NCBI GenBank assembly: GCA_012295275.1
Contig: CM022666.1
Location: 12,834,001-12,898,000 of the forward strand
From: Chrysomallon squamiferum
Taxonomy: Eukaryota; Animalia; Mollusca
Direction: 5' to 3'
Length of the DNA stretch: 64,000 nt
Shown here: in pieces, positions 57,401 to 64,000 of the stretch
Numbering within the stretch: the first letter of the stretch is position 1
Layout: each line of letters begins with the position of its first letter
Made by a program: the position numbers and the translations under genes
Notes under the pieces: generated by a model
Databases searched by the model: none
Told to the model about the DNA's origin: nothing
The model's input: only the letters and a program-made list of their open reading frames with translations

Positions 57401-59919
57401 CTTTTTATAACAATTTGTTTTCATGGTTATTTTTAAGTCAACATGTAAAATCTGACTTTTCACTGAGCATGTGACAGAATGTCCAAATTGGTGGAAGACA
57501 GTACACATAGCAAAATTTTGTTATTTTCAAAATAAAATACTTTTTATTATAAATTTTAATCAATATTCATACTAATTGTTTCACAAGAAGCTTGCAAATA
57601 CCAGTGAATGGCGAGACTGTCCTACACCAAAGGCAAGTATCAGGAGGTCATAGATCATAAAACTTTTAGAAAAATGAGTCTAAGTAATTTATTTCTGTCA
57701 ATATCATATTCAAGTCTACTGAATTGCCTGTTCAAAAACAGATTGTTTATTTTGGTTCTTGAAATTTCCAAAAAGAATTTTGCACATATCAAAGATCTAA
57801 TTTTAAAATAATCGCTGACCAGATATTGTCTTTCAGACACCTTTAAGGACCTGTGTGAACTATGCAATTGTTTATGATCATAAATCAGAATTCTATATAC
57901 ATTTTTCCTTTAATGCATTTTCACTTCTTACAGTTACAGTCAAGGTCTAACGTGGTCTTCTCTCAACATTTTTATTTGAAAGAAGGTGAAAAATAATGTT
58001 AAGCGTCATAATTTAAATTACATTGTAATATCAAAATAAGGTATATTCATATATAGTTTTGTTTTTCTTTCAGATTCTATACAGCTTTAGGGATGGACAG
58101 CAAAAGATCAAGAAGGTTGTGAAACTGAATGCCTTGCAGCCACCTCATCATTTGTCACACAGAAGCTTGGATTATGAGTTCCAGGCCATCTCTCGTCATT
58201 CCGTCATTGTCTCGTATCAACAAAGCTTTTATAAAGGGACTTTTGTCTGAACTGTCTGTGATTCCAGCTCCTCTCACACCAATGAGCCAGCTTTCCAACA
58301 TTGACAGAGCTGGCTACTGATCTTTCAGCCACTTGCCGATCACTGTGATGCTACTATGAGCAAGTTGGTGCAGAAAGGAAAACAAAATGACAGTACAAAT
58401 TGCTAAAAAAATCTTTCCATTACAAAAAGGCAACAAAATGTATCAAGAAAGATGTCAGAGCATCATTAAAACTTTGTGGAACATCCATAGTCACTTGATG
58501 ATAGATGGTCAAATTGTACAGAGCTTTCCCCAGATGAAAGGGAAGAAAAACGATATGAAAAGAATTGGCCAGAGTCATCTGTGATCTAAAGGAAATCTAC
58601 AGGATGGTCCAAAAAATGCAGCCCATTTTATATTTTCAGATGATGCAGAGTACAAGCCTGGAGAATTTGTGGATTTGGAGGATATGTTCCACTGTGCAAC
58701 ATTATCAAGCTAAATACTAGATGTATTTATGTCAAGTATATTTTAACAATTGCTACTGTACTTGACAGGCATTATTAGTTATCTGAAATATGGATGATAT
58801 TCTTTTTTATTTATATAATAATGGCCATAGTTTGAAGAAAAATAAATCCACATCAGTTTCTCATAAAAATCTAATTTATATATTGGAATATTCCACCTAA
58901 TTATGGCATTCACATATGTAAATTAGTTAATTATTATCTTAATTATTAAAATCTGCAATATGTTTTGTCAGATTTCATTTGGAAACGTAGAAATGATCAA
59001 GCTAGAACATTTCTCAACAGATTAAATAGATCATTTTGCACTAAAGATGGTGTCATGGCTAGGGCAAAAGGATACTGATTGTCCTGTTGACTATTTCCCT
59101 CTTCATATACTTAGGAAAATAAAAAAGCATACGAAAAGCAATGGATTGATGATTTAAAACATTCATCTTTCTTGGGAGAAGCTCTTTCAGATATTTTATA
59201 TTAAAATCTGGAATTTCAAAGTATTTACAGCATTGAGAACAGCCACAAAGGTTTTGAGGTTTCTTAATATTTTGAAAGAAATTACAATTGGATTGAAAAC
59301 TGCATTGATGTCAACAGCATTACCATGAAGTTAAGTAGAAATGCACTTAATTTATTTCACAATTACAAAGTGATAGGTAAGAATTTAAGAAATGTATGCA
59401 CAGTTGGAAATGAAAGGATATAAAACCATCAGGTCCTTATGATATGGTAGCAGAATACTGAAAAAAAAAAAAAAAAACAAAGAAAATAATTACATTATCA
59501 TGGACTCGGGAAAGAGGAAATGCCAAAAACCAAAGATGGACAGTAATACATGAGTGAAGACACAGTGGACATTAACCAGGACAGCTACACAGCTGACGTG
59601 ATAAAAGCACTAAAACAGAAAATAAAAATGTATTAAAAAAAATTGCTCATCAGATAATAATGTAGTAGTAAAAGACAATACTAAAGATAAAATGACTTAT
59701 GAAATATGCCAACTAACCCTTCGCATCAGGAGAAATACTTGGGTGTTCTACACTACAGAAGTACTTAGATATAAACTAGAAGTGTAGAAGACAAGACTTG
59801 AATTAGAAGCTGGTCAGTGAACAAATTTTAGTTCAATTACAGAGGGCTTTTGAAAAGATACATATATCATACAACATACATTTTTTTCTTCTTTCTTTTG
59901 GATAGAGGATTAAACGAAA

Positions 59920-62540
59920 ACAATCCATAATTCAATAATATTGTGTGTTTTTTCATTCAAACATCACCAAACAACTTCTGGAACAAAAACAGTGAAAACG
60001 AACACTCTGCTGCTCAGGCTTTCTGCAAGTTTGTCGATTGCTCTGTGAATGTGAAAACATTAAAAACTAAACACTGCACATGTCACATATTTATATAATG
60101 TTAAATGTATTGTTTCAGAGCAGTATTACAGGCATATTACAGAGAAAGAGAAGATCATTATTTGGAATGTGTTAAAAATGTAAATTTCAGAGTAAAAATT
60201 AAATATCAGCTGAAGAGTTCTGTTTGTCACCATGGAGATTCACATCACTAAAGCAACCATAAAAAATGTATTGAACTTACTGTGGTCAGTTTGTTTCATA
60301 TGAAAATTTTCTTTCTTTAACATCTTTAATCATAGATATTCAGTGATAAAGATTTGCCATTATTTATCGAAACTGTTGTATCAGACATTGTTTCAAAGCT
60401 ATAAATACACTGTAAGAATAAATTTTACTGAACAACAATTAGAAAAGCAACCATAAAAAAAGTATACAGAAAATAACATCTAATTATATATTTGGATCAA
60501 AATGAAAAAGTATGAAATAGAAATGGAAATATAAAATAAACACTTAATGTTATAGATGCCTTTTCATTTATAACTGAACCATATATTTAAGACAAGTACT
60601 CTAGTTCAATGCCATTGCTGAGAACTTTGGAATGCTATGTTTAAAGTATTATTCCTACAAGGACTTTCATGGAAAAGTTGTGCTTCTGAACCTTTCACCA
60701 TAGTAAGCCTGATGTTAATAGATACATGAAAGCAAGTAACAAAGGTGGAAAAAATGTATCTCTTATGAAAATAGTATTCTTGTATTAATTACAAGCTTAT
60801 GAAAGACTTTGATTATCAGATTACAAAGTATGAGGAACAAGAACGTCCTTCACTTAAGATCAGATGACGAATCAGCTAACAGGCTCAATTCAGCTGTTGC
60901 ATTGTTGTTTGTTCTGAAGACAACAGTTTACAGAGTGTGGAAGCAGACATTGTTAAAATATTGTGTTTGACAGCAGGAATATGATTTGTACCAAAAATCT
61001 GTTTTAAAACGAAATCGTATATTTTACTGCTCAGAAGAGGTATTAGAATTATATCATATCTGAGCAGAAAAGTTGCATTATTTTGGGATAGTATGAAAAG
61101 CATTGTTTGTAAAGAAATGAACTTGTCATTAAAAAACAAACCAGTAAAAGGTAAGATCGGCATTCTTGCTGCAGCTGTGGTTTGTGAAAATCATGCTCCC
61201 CCCCATCTTACAAAATATTACGGAAGTGTGTCAATTTTCCTGTTATGAATTCTTCTCAAATGTTAAGAATCAAACTGTTTCACTATAAATGTCGGCCACT
61301 GTTGATTACATTAAAGAGAAATGCACTTCAGGAAGATACAGAAACAAGCTGTTTAAAAAAATAAACACAACAATAACCAAAACTTGGGAAAACAGCAACT
61401 GTACACTTTTAAGAAAAAGGCTATTTTTATCAAGTATCGAAAAACAAAAATTCAAACAAGATATATTATCACTAAAATAAAGGAGTCGAATCTGATGCCT
61501 AATCACTGCTATGAAGCTCTGTATTCTGTTCATTACAAAACAGTGAAACAAGATTTTGAAATCATCGCTCGTGTTATCAATGATAAATTTTGACAACACA
61601 TGTTGGTTTGATGCAGTAATGCAAGCTTTAGAAGCAAGAAATTTAGTTAATTATTTATGAAAATGAATGTACAATAATCACATAACATTACCACTTAAGA
61701 AATATGGATGAAAATTATATTCTTATATTAATGACAATCTTACCACAGACTGTGATTAACTAATTATGCAACTATCAGAAACAACATATTTCACTTAACT
61801 TTAGATGATGTAACAACTAGAACAAAGCTTTATGAACAGCTAAGAGGTTGAATTCAGCTGTCACAGTATTTTTAAAATTATTTTCTTATTAGTTCTGAAG
61901 ACAATAGCTTACAGAAACTGGAAGAAGAAATTTATAAAATGAAAGCTGCAAGTGTCTTTTTTATTACAGACTTACAACAATGTTATTAATTTACAACAAA
62001 AATGTAGTAAATAGTATATCAGCAGAGTGACAGACAATTGGGAAAAAACTATTATTATAGAGCTGTGTATTGATTGGAATGCATTAAATAATTTGTATGA
62101 GAAACTGAAGCCATAAATGTAAACACAGGTTTCTTAAATCATAATGTTGTCTAAAAGTAATCATATTAATGTATGTATGACAAAAAAGTCAGACTGAAAA
62201 TGAAGGTGATACAAATTAATCTAGAACATATACACGATAGTTTGATTATCATTATATTGTTCTTCCACTGAATGAATCTTACTATTGTGATTGAAAAAAT
62301 AATGAGGTTATTTTTCTCGATACCAGATACTCAGTGTTGGAACATAACAATGTACTTTGAGAAGCCACTATTTAATATTTCTTTACTGAAACATTAAATA
62401 AAAGTGTAAAATGCCATGTAGTAATAGGCCATATAAATGATCAGCTGGAGAAAGAAACATATTTATTTTGGACAGTAATCAACCTGAGAGATGGAAATAG
62501 GTCTAACTGTACTGGTGATTTCTTATGTCATTATTCTTTT
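59920..62540 (+). pseudogene. Decayed ORF ending in a USP (peptidase C19)-like domain; possible Mutator/NOF-type transposon relic
   Basis: 61583-61636 translates INFDNTCWFDAVMQALEA, a USP Cys-box pattern. A possible His-box remnant (HVVIGHINDQLEK) lies near 62415. A frameshifted Cys-rich motif lies at 59942-60045. Many stops and frameshifts are present. Confidence 0.5.
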
Positions 62541-64000
62541 TAGCCCATTTTTCTATTGAAAATTAATAACCTTCAGCAAAATGGAAGGAAATATCAGAAA
62601 CATAACATTAAATTTCTTAATGAGGCAGTCACAGATGTATTAATCTTGATGTAAAGATACACAATCTTTTTAAAAAGATATACAATCTTACATTATCTTC
62701 TCAGAACTCACCTCAGTTATCAAAGTAGGGTGCCTTTGAATACAACTTTACAGGTAAGTACTAAAATACATAGTAACTTCATAACACGAAGTGAAAATAA
62801 ACATTCATGATCAAGATTTGTTTCATAAGCATTCTGAAGAGTGCAGTTTTAACATGAGGCACTTTTGACAAATATATGAACACTTTAGCTGTTATGGTTA
62901 CAATTTTCATTATGCAAATCACTAACTCACAGTTGTCACATCAGTGAAATTTCTTTACATTTTCTTCAGTGTGCATCTGATTTAGAAATATTTAACAGTT
63001 TAACTTAGTTTCCGTTTTCATCAAAATGCTTAATACTGGCAGACTTATCATTCTTTATCTGACTTGCATTTCTTTTCTATCTGTAAGTAAGGGTGTATGT
63101 GTACATTTGTCTGTATATGTGTACATACATAACAATTTTGTTTCAGAAACATTCGATTTCTTCTCTGTTTATTCAGTTCGTGTTCTGACTCTTGAATCAC
63201 TGCTACAGCTGCCTAGCTGGTGTAGACTTGATCCTGAATTACCCCAATTGCTCATCCAACATCCAGAAGATCCTCTGTATTACACATTAAAAAAAAACCA
63301 CACCGATAATACAATTAGCATCAAGGCATGTGTCGGTCTGTTGACATTTATAGAGGTTTCTGTGTAATTCTGTGCTTATGTGTTTTAGTATTTGCACATG
63401 ATACATTGACATTATACTTTCTTAACCACTTCACGAAACAAGTTACTTAATATATTATTTATATTGTCAAAAATTAAAATAATATAAATATTCCTCAAGT
63501 TATTTCCGATTGGATGCCTGGATGTCTAAAAAATGATGTAAATAAATAAATAAATAAATAAATGATAATTTTAGTACAGATAGTATTGTCAAGTGTTATT
63601 CATATATCAGTATATACTTACGAAGACCTTTTTCATTTATCTCCCAGTCGTAACCATGAATCATATTATCAGAGTCGGTGTCCGTATGACGCCATTTATG
63701 TCGAAGTATGAACTCAGCACCATCACTAGCAGATATTGTGTGATACCTTTAGTAACTAAATAAACGAATGAATAATCAGCCTGGAAATCATTTACACGTT
63801 CGATAATAAATCAGTGCGTGTATATATATATACAAGTGTGTGTGTGTGAGCTTACGAGTGCAGGTATATGTGTTTCTTGTAAAAGATGTGACATAAAATT
63901 ACCCAAACTGAAAAATATTGTTTTCACACTTGCAGTATATGAAACTTCCATATTTATCTAGTTCTCCAAGTTTCACTTTCTATCTCTCCGCAAGTAAGTG

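Overview
AT-rich, microsatellite-laden eukaryotic DNA with spliceosomal introns; gene content and repeat style suggest an invertebrate, probably a mollusc (inference). Five protein-coding genes are supported: two tail-to-tail paralogous rhodopsin-class peptide-receptor-like GPCRs, a four-TM MS4A/CD20-like gene, cyclin C (11 coding exons) and dyskerin DKC1 (15 coding exons). CCNC and DKC1 lie between two 1.4-1.8 kb inverted-repeat arms. Each arm carries an outward-facing promoter, non-coding splice sites and a near-identical structured core of about 150 bp. The strongest unexplained signals are a G.U-rich hairpin that bulges out the branch point of DKC1 intron 6, a 40-41 bp array that multiplies a CCNC splice acceptor, a 32-bp array grown from a GPCR stop codon and full of UACUAAC motifs, and a decayed ORF with a USP-protease Cys box at 59.9-62.5 kb. 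All exon coordinates and RNA folds were derived by eye.
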